A stretch of DNA of 64,000 nucleotides from a virus (taxonomy: Duplodnaviria; Caudoviricetes): IMG/VR virus record IMGVR_UViG_3300023053_000001, positions 32,001 through 96,000 of that record; one strand, given 5' to 3'. The notes under the pieces are model-generated. The model did not search any database, had not been told where the DNA came from, and was given only the letters and a program-made list of their open reading frames with translations. The position numbers and the translations under genes were made by a program. How positions within the stretch are numbered: the stretch's first letter is position 1; every line of letters begins with the position of its first letter. Of the stretch, positions 47,448-57,580 are shown in pieces.

Positions 47448-47530
47448 GGCACGTACCTCTTGGTGTGAACAGGGGGATTTTTGGGAAGTCCCATAGTATG
47501 TCGACTCAAAAAACACAAGAGGTAAAGACC

Positions 47531-48697
47531 ATGTCCGTCCGGACATTCTTCAATTTCGATGGGGTCGGTGCCGAAGTGCAGGGTCCGACCGGCGAGGCGG
47601 CATTCGCTCCCAAGGTAAATGTGGGCATTGCCAATACCCGTAATTCTGACATTCAGGTTCTGCTTTACGTCCCCACCGCGCCGCAGTACAACGCGATTGG
47701 TGTCACGGGCCTGGAGCGTCACAAGGTCGGTTCAGGCGCAGACCGTCGCAATGCGTTGGTCCTGCACCGCAGTTCGAATCTGGCCAGTATCACCAACGGA
47801 GCACGCATCGGTCTGGGCAAAGACATTGATGCGCGTACCAATCGTTCATGGCGACAGATCTACGGTTTCACCTACGTGGACTTCTCCGACCGTGAACCCA
47901 CGCTGGCATACGGCACGGTGTTTGCCATGCGCAACGCGTCCCGGTTGGCGCTGATCACCCGTCGTAACAACAACACGCTGCTGATCGGTAGTGAATCCTT
48001 CCCGTTTGAACGGGGTCGGGAGTATTACATCGAGGTGGAGCTGTTCTGCGACCTGCCCGAGCGTCCGGCCAGCGCCAATCCCATCTCCGCCCGTGTGCTG
48101 ATTGACGGTCAGGTGATCTACACCTGGAATCAGACGTTGGGTTCGATCGCCGCCAGTGGCGTCAACACTGCCGGTATCGAAATCGGGTTTGCCGATCAGT
48201 CCTCCAATCCCTTCCCGTTGCAAATTGGTGTCTCAGACATCTACGTGGCCGACGGTGAAGGTGAAGCGCCTTACAATGCACCGCTGGGCGCGCAGAAGGT
48301 TCAGGTCAAGCAGGTCGTGTTGGCAGATTCGCCGAACTGGAAAGTGGTAGGTGCCGATGATCCTCAAGAAGCGCTCAGTGATGACTCCGACGCTTCCTAC
48401 ATCGAAAGCCCCTTGAGTGACGCCGATGCCCTGCTGATGTTTGATCTGGATCTCAACCAAGGTTCGGTCGTCAACGGCATCCAGGTCTACGCGCGCGGCA
48501 GTCGCGGTAGCGGCGCCGTACGTTCCCTGTCCAGTGTCATCCACGTGGGTTCAGAAGAACTCAATCCCAAGACCGTAACTTTCCCTAGCGTTACCGCACC
48601 CCGTACGTTGAGTGGCATCCTGCCCTCGAAAACGGAACAGATGGCGCTGCTGGAAGGTACGGCCCTGAGCGACCTTCTCATCAAGATCGAAGCTTGA
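47531..48697 (+). CDS. Putative virion/tail beta-rich protein, paralog 1 (388 aa)
   Basis: N-terminal FFNFD; central REYYIEVE; C-terminal DDSDASYIESP. Confidence 0.6.
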   Translation: MSVRTFFNFDGVGAEVQGPTGEAAFAPKVNVGIANTRNSDIQVLLYVPTAPQYNAIGVTGLERHKVGSGADRRNALVLHRSSNLASITNGARIGLGKDIDARTNRSWRQIYGFTYVDFSDREPTLAYGTVFAMRNASRLALITRRNNNTLLIGSESFPFERGREYYIEVELFCDLPERPASANPISARVLIDGQVIYTWNQTLGSIAASGVNTAGIEIGFADQSSNPFPLQIGVSDIYVADGEGEAPYNAPLGAQKVQVKQVVLADSPNWKVVGADDPQEALSDDSDASYIESPLSDADALLMFDLDLNQGSVVNGIQVYARGSRGSGAVRSLSSVIHVGSEELNPKTVTFPSVTAPRTLSGILPSKTEQMALLEGTALSDLLIKIEA

Positions 48698-48712
48698 CCA
48701 AAGGAACTTCAT

Positions 48713-49927
48713 ATGTCCATTCTTTTCTTCGCAGGCTTTGACTGCTTCGATACCGGCGTTAAGGGCGGTTCCGGTGTCGATAAAAACGACCCGATTGATG
48801 TGGGTATCAAAGACACCCCGTTGGCGGATTGGCTGACCGTCAACTACGGCAGCTCCTATCCGACCAACGCCATGATCAACACCTCTGGTGTCACGGGTGA
48901 GGAAGGGTACAAGGTCGGTTCGGGCAAGGAACGTCGTAATACGTTCATCCTGCAGGCCGGGCGTATCAACAACAGCGTGGCTTCGGCTCGCCTGAACCTC
49001 AAGAATCTGCCCAGCGCAGGTGTGGTCGGTAAGGAGTGGATCTATCGCGTCGGGTTCAACCTGACCGATTTCACCACGGTGGCTGATACGGCCTCTTCCG
49101 GCGCCGGTATCGTGTACATGATGGCCAACGGATCGGGCGTCAATAACATCATCATCCGCGCTAAGGATGCCCAGGGCGTTTACTACTCGTTCAACGGTAC
49201 GATCTTTGCCCGCCCGGTTCGCGGGGAGCCCATGCATATCGAATTGGAGTTCGGTATGTTTGCCCCGACCATGGCCAGCACGTTCAACGTCTCTGTGCGC
49301 CTGTACGTGAACGGCGACTACATCGGCTTCTTCCAGCCGTGGAGCAGCTCGCAGAGTACCGTTACTCAATACTCCGTGATCTGGAATACGCTGGCCCAAG
49401 CATCCGCCACCAGTCAGATGACGCTCGGTCTGTCCGACATCGTGGTCTCTGACAACCTCGGCCCCGGCGGCGTGGACCCCGGTCCGCTCGGCCCGCAGCT
49501 GGTACTGCCGGTGGAAATCAGCGAAGTGTCTGCTCCGAACTGGACCGCCACGGGCGGCACAGCGGTTGAAGTGTTGAAGGACAGTAGCGACGCTACGTTC
49601 ATCACTTCGCCGCTGGCATCGGGTAAAATGGATGTTGCCCTGAACATGGGTCTGCCGGTGGGTGCGGATCTGAACGGCCTGAAGCTCTTCGCTCGTACTC
49701 GCCGCGACATCGGTGCAGCATCGGTACTGTACTACGATGCCATCGTCAAGCGTAAGAGTGATGATGGCATCTTGGCCACCACCTCCAACATCCCGCTCAC
49801 TTCCAACGCGTTGAATCGGACGCTGTTGGACATCGGTAAGGATCGTGCCGATTACGCCGGTCAGCTGGCGTTTGCAGACACTGGTCTGTTCAACCTCAAC
49901 CTCAACATCAAGAAGAACGGAGCCTGA
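48713..49927 (+). CDS. Putative virion/tail beta-rich protein, paralog 2 (404 aa)
   Basis: FFAGFD; PMHIELE; DSSDATFITSP. Confidence 0.6.
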   Translation: MSILFFAGFDCFDTGVKGGSGVDKNDPIDVGIKDTPLADWLTVNYGSSYPTNAMINTSGVTGEEGYKVGSGKERRNTFILQAGRINNSVASARLNLKNLPSAGVVGKEWIYRVGFNLTDFTTVADTASSGAGIVYMMANGSGVNNIIIRAKDAQGVYYSFNGTIFARPVRGEPMHIELEFGMFAPTMASTFNVSVRLYVNGDYIGFFQPWSSSQSTVTQYSVIWNTLAQASATSQMTLGLSDIVVSDNLGPGGVDPGPLGPQLVLPVEISEVSAPNWTATGGTAVEVLKDSSDATFITSPLASGKMDVALNMGLPVGADLNGLKLFARTRRDIGAASVLYYDAIVKRKSDDGILATTSNIPLTSNALNRTLLDIGKDRADYAGQLAFADTGLFNLNLNIKKNGA

Positions 49928-49929
49928 TC

Positions 49930-51084
49930 ATGGCACTTCTCAATATGTTCGGCTTCGACATGTTCGCAGCGAAGGCCGAAAATGGCCAGCCGGTTCTGCG
50001 CGCTGGCATCGATGGTACGCCCTACCAGACGTTGCTGCGCGCCATCCGTTCGGCCGATGCGCGTCTGTTTGCAGGCGTCTCCGGATTGCCCGAACACAAG
50101 CTCGGCTTCGGCGCCACCGAGCGTAACGGTTTGCTGTTCCGCCGCCTCGGCACGGGCAGCACTGGCAATCTGAACAACAGCATGGCCACCCCGTCTCGTC
50201 TGGCCGTCGGTACGGCCGGCACCGCGTGGCATTCCATCGTCGCGTTCACGTTGAAGATTTTGCCCGATACGGATCTGAAGGGCAATTCGATCAACGTACT
50301 GGGTTTGGCTGACAGTGGCGGTTCGCTGCTGTACCCCATGCTGGCTATCCGTCCTCACACGGTGGCCGGACAGTACGCTTTCACGGCAGTGAACGTTACC
50401 GTTCCTGCAACGACGATGGTGCTGCAGGCCGGTCGGGAATACCACATCGAAGCCAAGATTTATCACACCGCCGCTCACGCTGCCAACATGTACGGCTTTG
50501 AGCTGCGCATCGATGGCGAAGTGGTTGCGGATGTGGCCAGCTACGCCCAGAACGCCAATCTGGCAGCATCGGGCTTCAGCTGGAACATCGGTTCGTGGTT
50601 GCTCAATGCCCTGCTCGGTTACAGCTTGCTGTACGGCGATCTGGTCCTGGCTGACAGCACCGGTACGTCGTTCAATACCACCATCGGTCCGACGATGATT
50701 CTGCCCAACCGCGTCACTGCAGTCAACGCAGGCGACTGGCAGAAGGAAGGTGGCGCTCTGCCAGTGCCGTCGATGAACGACAACGACGACACCAGCTTCT
50801 TCACCTCACCGCTGGACGATTCGGCCTTCACCGCGCGACTGGAAGGTCAGCCCATTCCGTACAAGTCGCTGTCCACCGAAGTCTACGTACGCGCCTCGCG
50901 TGATCGTGACGCCGGCCGCGCTCTGCGCGTGGGATTGCGCGGCACTGGCGATGCTCAGCTGATCGCCGATCAGGATGTGGCCGCACAGACGACGCTGGCT
51001 GACATTCGTCTGCCGCGACTGGAAGGCGTTGCCGAAGCCGACATGCGCTCCAACACGGTTCGCATCAAAGCCGTCACCCCGTAA
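49930..51084 (+). CDS. Putative virion/tail beta-rich protein, paralog 3 (384 aa)
   Basis: MFGFD; REYHIEAK; DNDDTSFFTSP. Confidence 0.6.
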   Translation: MALLNMFGFDMFAAKAENGQPVLRAGIDGTPYQTLLRAIRSADARLFAGVSGLPEHKLGFGATERNGLLFRRLGTGSTGNLNNSMATPSRLAVGTAGTAWHSIVAFTLKILPDTDLKGNSINVLGLADSGGSLLYPMLAIRPHTVAGQYAFTAVNVTVPATTMVLQAGREYHIEAKIYHTAAHAANMYGFELRIDGEVVADVASYAQNANLAASGFSWNIGSWLLNALLGYSLLYGDLVLADSTGTSFNTTIGPTMILPNRVTAVNAGDWQKEGGALPVPSMNDNDDTSFFTSPLDDSAFTARLEGQPIPYKSLSTEVYVRASRDRDAGRALRVGLRGTGDAQLIADQDVAAQTTLADIRLPRLEGVAEADMRSNTVRIKAVTP

Positions 51085-51096
51085 TAGGAGACGACC

Positions 51097-51474
51097 ATGA
51101 GCGAATACAAAGTCCCAGAGGTACGAGCCCAAACGTTGATGCGTTTGGACCAGACCTACTCTGTGCGGGAAGTGCGCTCTCAAACGCTGGTGGCACCTGT
51201 TGCCAGCGGGCAGCTTAACCGCCTCATGGGCATGGGTCTGTGCAGCGTGGCCACACCGGCGCGCATGACTGGTCTCAAGGGAATGTATCTGCGGTCGGCA
51301 CGTCTGAAGGACATGTCCAAACCGCTGTTCGTCTCCGAGGCACGGTCACAGTCACTGGTGCAGATTACCACGGATGTGAAGTTGGCCAAGGTCGAAGCAG
51401 TTGTCATGCAGTCGCAAGTCGACAAGGTGATCTCTGACGAAGCCGACGGCACGCTTCAGTCCCACATCTACTAA
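51097..51474 (+). CDS. Small protein with internal E-V-R-x-Q-T-L repeats (125 aa)
   Basis: EVRAQTL, EVRSQTL, EARSQSL. Confidence 0.65.
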   Translation: MSEYKVPEVRAQTLMRLDQTYSVREVRSQTLVAPVASGQLNRLMGMGLCSVATPARMTGLKGMYLRSARLKDMSKPLFVSEARSQSLVQITTDVKLAKVEAVVMQSQVDKVISDEADGTLQSHIY

Positions 51475-51483
51475 GGTGTTCCA

Positions 51484-52035
51484 ATGAGCGTAGATTTCAG
51501 CAAGACTCCATTGGACAACCTGATGGAGATGCTCAATGCCAAAAGTTCGGTGGTCGCTAAGGCCACCGACTTCATTGAGATTGATCGCCTGACTGTTCTC
51601 ACGGACGACGTCGATGGCCGCAATACGCAGCTGTCGTTGCGTACGAACATGGAGTTCAGTCACGCCGGCCGTGTCAATCCCAAGTTCAACCGTTTGCCGC
51701 TCAATAGCGTGATTACCCCTCGTGTCAACGTCACGGTGGAAGATTACGCAACCTTCGAGCAGGTGCTGGAAACCTACCGCCGTAAGTACGGCGTGTATGT
51801 GGACGTGCTCGATGTACAGCCCGACCAGCCCTTCGATGTGTCCGGTGGTGATCTGAGCTATGCGGTGGCAGTGACCTCACCGGCCACGTCCTTCGGTTAC
51901 AAAGGCACGGCTGTACTGAACGTCAATGTGAACTGGCGTTTCGACGACCCGGAAAAGGTGGAGATGGACATGAACCAGCTGCGACAGCTGGTGCAGTTTG
52001 ATCTCCCCCTTGCCCTCAACTCACTTTCCTTCTGA
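51484..52035 (+). CDS. phiKZ-like virion structural protein (183 aa)
   Basis: RNTQLSL...FNRLPL...KYGV...SFGYKG. Confidence 0.6.
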   Translation: MSVDFSKTPLDNLMEMLNAKSSVVAKATDFIEIDRLTVLTDDVDGRNTQLSLRTNMEFSHAGRVNPKFNRLPLNSVITPRVNVTVEDYATFEQVLETYRRKYGVYVDVLDVQPDQPFDVSGGDLSYAVAVTSPATSFGYKGTAVLNVNVNWRFDDPEKVEMDMNQLRQLVQFDLPLALNSLSF

Positions 52036-52046
52036 GGTAGACGGCC

Positions 52047-52613
52047 ATGGCCGAAGAAACTCCCCTGACCCAGCAAGCCCTGCTGGAAGAACAGCAGCGC
52101 CTGGTGGGCGTGCTCAATGACCAGGTTGCCACGCTGCACGGCTTCCTGAACAAGCCGGCCGGTGAGACGGTACAGACCGAGTCCGGCTCGATCCCCTCCC
52201 TGCGTGGTGTGATCGAACAGATCCGCCTGCAGTCCGGGTATCGTACCTACACGGTGGACATCAATCGCGAAACGCTCGGCCGTTACGCCGGCGGTGCCGA
52301 AGCACTGGGTCGCATCGTCCATCTGATCCCGGTCTACGTCAGTCCCGGCTTGCCTGGTGCAGCGTTCCGTCTGGGCACCACCACTGCACAGGCAGTGGAT
52401 CTGGACATCACCTGGGGCTCGGCCACCTTCAAGGTGCGCTTTGCTGCCAACTCCGATACCGGTGTAGTGGTGGATTCGTCCATCTCCGAACCGACCCTGA
52501 TGCCAGCTGGCACCATGGTGACCGTCAAGGTCAACGGGGCGGTATGGACTGCCGCAGGTCTGGTGATGGCCATCCCGGCCCAGATCGATCTGCTGCCTGA
52601 CGTTGCAGGTTGA
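52047..52613 (+). CDS. Putative virion structural protein (188 aa)
   Basis: VQTESGSIPSL segment; position within structural cluster. Confidence 0.6.
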   Translation: MAEETPLTQQALLEEQQRLVGVLNDQVATLHGFLNKPAGETVQTESGSIPSLRGVIEQIRLQSGYRTYTVDINRETLGRYAGGAEALGRIVHLIPVYVSPGLPGAAFRLGTTTAQAVDLDITWGSATFKVRFAANSDTGVVVDSSISEPTLMPAGTMVTVKVNGAVWTAAGLVMAIPAQIDLLPDVAG

Positions 52614-52624
52614 GGAGGTGATCT

Positions 52625-53755
52625 ATGGGTCATCTCACCAAACCCAGTAACGAGCTGATCTACGATCTGATCCTGAAAGCCAACCCCGACCTGATGGGTA
52701 AGCTGCAGATCGGTCACCTGAGCTTTGATGCCCCCATCCCGCAGCAGCCTGGTTCGTCCACCAATTCCAGCGTGGTGGCCCGTGGTTTGGCCAATGCGCA
52801 AGGCATCGGTTACCGCGGCGCTCGCACCTTCCGCTACGACCGTCTGAACATGGCAGTCAAGATGCCGCCAGACGATGCTCAGACGTTGGAAGTGATGGTG
52901 CCCAACGACGGCTTTGAAACCAAGCTGGAAGTGGTCGATCGCCTCAACAAGAAGTACGATCTGATGATCGGTGCTGCCGACATTGTCGATGGCCCGGTGG
53001 ATGTCAGCGTGCTTCCGGCCAAGACCACAATCGTGGCCAAGGCATCGTCTCTGGCATGGACCGGTCAACTCACCATCAACTTCGTGCCGGATCGTCCGTT
53101 CTACAAGGACACCTTCAGCACGCAAGTGCTCGATGGTCTGCCGATGCCGGAAGTAACTGATCCGGCACTGGACACCCCGGTGGCCTCCTCCAACCTGTCC
53201 CCGACGTTCGCCGTGGACGGTAAGCTGTACCAGCCTGGTGATGGCGCCTACCCGGCCGATCACTTTGCGGTATCGCGCAACCCGGAGGTAGAAGTTGCAC
53301 TGGCTCCCAGGATCGGAACCGGTGAAGTAGCCACGGCACCCACGGCTGGCTTTGAGTACGCACTGACCCTGGCCGGCGCTGCCGACTGGATGCTTTGCTA
53401 CAGCGTTGGTTCACGCGAAGAACCGGCAGTGGATGTGTTGCAACGCTATCGCATCATCGCCCAGATCACCGGTCCGGATGGTAGTGAGCTGATGCTCACC
53501 GTCACCTCGATCGATGATGCCCTGTGGTTTGCCAACGCAGACCAGAGCATCAAGATTGCCGTCACCACGGCAGTGGGTGATCTGGTACTGCAGGGTGCGT
53601 TGAGCATGAATGAGCTGTCTGCAAAGTTGGGTGAGGTTATGCGCAATGGAGCTGGTGCTCCGCTGGGCAAGTACACCTTGCGTCTGATGGCGCGACGCAT
53701 CAACTCGGTGGTGCCGCGCGTGCTGGCCTCTTGCGCAGCCCGTGTGATCAATTGA
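52625..53755 (+). CDS. phiKZ-like virion structural protein (376 aa)
   Basis: NSSVVARG...GYRG...YDRLNM...LNKKY...SLAWTGQ. Confidence 0.62.
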   Translation: MGHLTKPSNELIYDLILKANPDLMGKLQIGHLSFDAPIPQQPGSSTNSSVVARGLANAQGIGYRGARTFRYDRLNMAVKMPPDDAQTLEVMVPNDGFETKLEVVDRLNKKYDLMIGAADIVDGPVDVSVLPAKTTIVAKASSLAWTGQLTINFVPDRPFYKDTFSTQVLDGLPMPEVTDPALDTPVASSNLSPTFAVDGKLYQPGDGAYPADHFAVSRNPEVEVALAPRIGTGEVATAPTAGFEYALTLAGAADWMLCYSVGSREEPAVDVLQRYRIIAQITGPDGSELMLTVTSIDDALWFANADQSIKIAVTTAVGDLVLQGALSMNELSAKLGEVMRNGAGAPLGKYTLRLMARRINSVVPRVLASCAARVIN

Positions 53756-53887
53756 CATAAGCCCCTCCTCCTTCACGGGAGGAGGGGTTCTATGCCGTGT
53801 TTTAAAACAGATCGGGTATATGCATTGGAACTTATTTCACCCACACATTACTCCCTTGTTCAACCACCCTCAATGACATAGCCAACC

Positions 53888-54334
53888 ATGAACAACATCC
53901 CGCTCACCACCGTCCACCTCGATCAGACCTTCAGCGATTTGGTTCGTTTTGCCAAGGGCCATTACGGTACCTACTACGCCGACAACCAAGCGCTCAAGCT
54001 GGCAGTGCTGCTTCGCCATTACTTCCTGATGGACGCTGATCCCAAGCTGGATGCCAATGGTCTGGTCACTAGCCGTCTCTACCGGGAGGCGCTGATCAGC
54101 ATGTCCATCGCCACTTTCAAGGCGTTGGGCAACAAGATCAACAATCATGAAAAGCTCTTCGAAGAGTTGTTGATCAAGTGCGCCGGCCAGCCCATCGAGA
54201 AGTACATGGAGGAGATGCTCGGCATTTTCTCCAACGTCGTGGTGTTCCAGGGTGAGGGTGAGTTGCGGCACGAACGTGTGCGTCTGAGCGAACTCAACCT
54301 GAAGCTCAAGGCTGAACTCGAAGCCATCGGGTAG
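53888..54334 (+). CDS. Hypothetical protein (148 aa)
   Basis: Intact ORF. Confidence 0.7.
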   Translation: MNNIPLTTVHLDQTFSDLVRFAKGHYGTYYADNQALKLAVLLRHYFLMDADPKLDANGLVTSRLYREALISMSIATFKALGNKINNHEKLFEELLIKCAGQPIEKYMEEMLGIFSNVVVFQGEGELRHERVRLSELNLKLKAELEAIG

Positions 54335-54338
54335 GATA

Positions 54339-54773
54339 ATGTTCAAGCGCAAGATTCGCATCAGCGAGCAGATTTTTGACTCCATTGCTGATGCTGCCCG
54401 GTTCCTCAACGTATGTCCCTTGTCGCTGCGTAACTGGATCAAGTCCTCCAATCCGAAGTGGGCGCACATCCGTTACGAAGACCAAGAAAAAGTCAGCGTA
54501 GTGACCCGCACCAAAAACGTGCGGGTTTGCTATCGCGGCAAGCTGTATGATTCGTTGTCTATCGCCGCTCGCGCCAACCAACTCACCGCGCCGGCCATTG
54601 CCCACGCCATCAACAGCGAACACCATCCGGACTGTTACTACCTCAAGTCCAATGGTGAGCGTATCAAGCACGTCGAAAAGCCGAAGTACCGTATCTCCGA
54701 GCAGACCCGGCAGCGTGCCGTGAAAGCTCAGCAAAGGCGCCAGTTCTTCCAAGAGCTGAACGCCATCCCCTAA
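54339..54773 (+). CDS. Tandem NUMOD1-like HTH DNA-binding protein without nuclease domain (144 aa)
   Basis: QIFDSIADAARFLNVCPLSLRNWI and KLYDSLSIAARANQLTAPAIAHAI. Confidence 0.65.
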   Translation: MFKRKIRISEQIFDSIADAARFLNVCPLSLRNWIKSSNPKWAHIRYEDQEKVSVVTRTKNVRVCYRGKLYDSLSIAARANQLTAPAIAHAINSEHHPDCYYLKSNGERIKHVEKPKYRISEQTRQRAVKAQQRRQFFQELNAIP

Positions 54774-54797
54774 CCTCCTCTATCCAAAGTGAAGACC

Positions 54798-55508
54798 ATG
54801 TCCAAGCATGACCATCTGCCTGTCAACGTTTCCTCCGTCATCGAATACCCGCAGCAGTGGGCCGATGAAACCGGCCCCTTCGGCGGCGCATTCCAATGGG
54901 CGCTGGACCATCTGGCCCCCAATGCGGAAGTCCAAGGCTTCCGTCAGGCGATCAACAGCTACGGTCGCCTGGAGCTGTTCAAGTTCCGTCTGATCCGCGG
55001 TCACGACGATGACGTGCGCGGTAAGATGGAAGCCGAAGGCGGCACCAACTTCAGCATGAAGAACGGCAACCTCGGCCTGGTTCAGCGCAACGAGGAGTGG
55101 ACCCGCCGCTATGTGTTGGTCGAAGCCGACGGCAAGCTGAAGTGGAAGCTGGAATGGGAACGTGTCATGTACCACCAGCCGGTGGATGCGGACATGCCGA
55201 CCATGGCAGCGGCCCTGATCAGCAAGTGCTCGGAGATGGCCAACCTGATCTCCCGTCACCTCAAGCGCAGCTGGTGCCGTGAGGTGTTTGGTTGCAGCTT
55301 TGAGAAGCTGCGCGATCATCGCCTCTACCGTCACCTGCTGACCGGCCGTGTCACCGACACCCACCGCGCTCTGTACACCCACTTCGTGGAAGAGTACGGT
55401 CAGGTCATCAACCTGCACGTGCGTCGCGCTGAAGGGCGCGAAGCCAGCTTCACTGACGCCGATATGGATGCGCTGGTGGCTGCCACCAAGATCATCCTCA
55501 ACGCCTAA
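54798..55508 (+). CDS. Hypothetical protein (236 aa)
   Basis: Strong codon bias. Confidence 0.75.
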   Translation: MSKHDHLPVNVSSVIEYPQQWADETGPFGGAFQWALDHLAPNAEVQGFRQAINSYGRLELFKFRLIRGHDDDVRGKMEAEGGTNFSMKNGNLGLVQRNEEWTRRYVLVEADGKLKWKLEWERVMYHQPVDADMPTMAAALISKCSEMANLISRHLKRSWCREVFGCSFEKLRDHRLYRHLLTGRVTDTHRALYTHFVEEYGQVINLHVRRAEGREASFTDADMDALVAATKIILNA

Positions 55509-55541
55509 CCACAACCTCCTCAATGCTCAGGTATATCCCCA

Positions 55542-56156
55542 ATGAATGACCTCACCCTGCATAAGAACTTCACCCTGCACGTCTACCGCGATGCCGGTGA
55601 AGACCAGCGTGTCCGTTCCACCACCATGAACATGCTGGACATGCCCACCGCGCAGGAACTGTCGGCGGTGATGGACACGCTCAAGCTGCCCAAGGACGGT
55701 TACGCCAAGGTCACCGCGCTCGGTGACTGGAAGGCACTGTCGGGAAACCGTCAGGTGCTGTACCGTGCCTATCGCATCGATGTGGTGGGCGACGATCGCG
55801 ACATCGAGAACGTGGTGCTGTACCAGAACAACCGCAACGTTGCTGGCCGCTACCTGCTGCCGTACGTGGCCGTCCATCTGGACAGCGACTGGAACGATGC
55901 GGAAGTGCTGCGTGAAGCGGTCGATGCGATCCTGTGGCGCTGGGGCGTTGATGCAGCCAGCGGCTTCGACATCGACTTCACCACCCGCCACGACGTCGGC
56001 GAAGACATCAAGCACATCGATCGCCTGCTGTCCCGCCACGAGTATCCCTTCGGCGCCGGTGCGCGTTCGGTCCGCTACGATCGCCGCAACAACGCCATCA
56101 TCGCCGAACTGACCAGCGACAAGGAGGCCAAGGATGTCGCATACCCCCGCCTCTGA
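55542..56156 (+). CDS. Hypothetical protein (204 aa)
   Basis: Strong codon bias. Confidence 0.75.
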   Translation: MNDLTLHKNFTLHVYRDAGEDQRVRSTTMNMLDMPTAQELSAVMDTLKLPKDGYAKVTALGDWKALSGNRQVLYRAYRIDVVGDDRDIENVVLYQNNRNVAGRYLLPYVAVHLDSDWNDAEVLREAVDAILWRWGVDAASGFDIDFTTRHDVGEDIKHIDRLLSRHEYPFGAGARSVRYDRRNNAIIAELTSDKEAKDVAYPRL

Positions 56157-56769
56157 CCAGACGGGCTTGCCCAAGGTGCGCATTTATCCCAAGCTCAAGG
56201 CTTGGGACAATGCCATCCGGGCAGTGCTGGGACAACTGAACGGCTCGGCGCTGCATGACGCTCTCCGCGCCGCGGCGATCTATGCCACTAAGAACCATCC
56301 GCAGGGGATCTATTGGCTCAACCCCACGCACGTGATGTTGAGCTACAAGGACCACAGCTTGGTGTTCTTCGGCAATGTGGCTGGCGGGATCGAACAGGCA
56401 GCCGGGCAGTTCATGGCCATCAGCGAGACCAATCATCGGTATCGCTGGTTCAGTCCCTCGTACTGGATAGCGCGCAAGCAGCGCAAGCGGTTGACGAAGG
56501 TGGGTGAGCCGTCCAACATCACCCCACCCATCGTCGATCTGCTGCATTTCCGCCGACCATCCGAGTTCCCACCGGAGATGGACATCGTCTACGAATTCCT
56601 CCGGCAGTTGAGCCTGAGGGTCGGTGGCGATGACGTGTACTACAACACCTACAACATCTACAATGAGTTGGAAATCATGATCTGCACCGATCGGGCAACC
56701 TATTGGGCAGTGATTGATTTCACGGTGTTCGGCAACGAGAATGATGGGAAATTCCCAGTGGAACTGTAA
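56134..56769 (+). CDS. Hypothetical protein (211 aa)
   Basis: SD aaggagg. Confidence 0.75.
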   Translation: MSHTPASDQTGLPKVRIYPKLKAWDNAIRAVLGQLNGSALHDALRAAAIYATKNHPQGIYWLNPTHVMLSYKDHSLVFFGNVAGGIEQAAGQFMAISETNHRYRWFSPSYWIARKQRKRLTKVGEPSNITPPIVDLLHFRRPSEFPPEMDIVYEFLRQLSLRVGGDDVYYNTYNIYNELEIMICTDRATYWAVIDFTVFGNENDGKFPVEL

Positions 56770-56774
56770 TTTTC

Positions 56775-57575
56775 TACAGACCAAACTGATCTGATAGAGA
56801 GAGTTGTTGCAGTTGTCTGTGGAACGTGCCTGCGCTTCGGCGCTGCTGCCATACCCATTACCTTGACCGCCCAAGGTAGCAGACCCCCGGGTAAGCTGGG
56901 AAAGCCCGGTTTTCATCGACCCTTCGTGTGGTACCTGCCGTCCTCGCCAGGTATTGCGTGTTGGGTCGACCTTCTTCCATGTCATGCTGCACGGTGTACT
57001 TTTCCCTAAACGGGGGATGTCGTCTAGAACCGTAGCAGCGTGGCGCCTCTACGCCCTTGCCCATTGCCGCCAGCGTCGTCTACGGACTAACGCCGGCGCG
57101 TTGGGCCGGGCACCCTCCATGTTCGCCTCCGCGCGCTTTAGGCCACCGCGGTTACGCGCCGGCCAGTGCCGGAGGCGGACGCCATCGTTCGATCTTGCAA
57201 GCCCTCAGACAGGCTCAGCCGAATAGTAGAGCAGCAATGTTGTCCATCCTCGATCGTCCCGTTGCAACCACGCCTACTGGTGAGTTGCTAGGTGTGCGTC
57301 CTCATCTCCCCAGAGGGACGTGCGACCTGCTAACGGTAATAGACGGCACTCCTCCCTCCCCAGGGGCTGTGCAAACCCCAATCGAGTCGGGCGTCCGCGC
57401 CTAAGAATGGATGGTCGCAGCTGCACGGTACCAGTGAGCATTCGCACTGGTCGAGTCGTGGGTAAAAATTGCAAGGTTCCCGTACCTCTTACTGATAATG
57501 AAGCTGGTCCGCACACGCGGATGGGTGGAGTCGACCTGAGGGGAATCAGCCGGTAAACGGGATAGCCGGTTTTTA
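56775..57575 (+). ncRNA. Candidate large structured ncRNA (about 800 nt)
   Basis: No credible ORF; C(UUCG)G hairpin 56832-56843, helices 56916-56922/56963-56969, 56986-56995/57029-57039 and 57430-57436/57445-57451; hairpin terminator after. Confidence 0.5.
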
Positions 57576-57580
57576 CATAT

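Noticed and set aside
56858-57556. Short ORFs (56954, 57057, 57274, 57320, 56858) in the 800-nt gap
   Set aside because: Arg/Pro/Ala-rich, no SD, no phage-like codon bias.
57540-57575. RNase P-like look of the 3' end (agccggt repeats)
   Set aside because: The universal GAGGAAAGUCC segment is absent on both strands.
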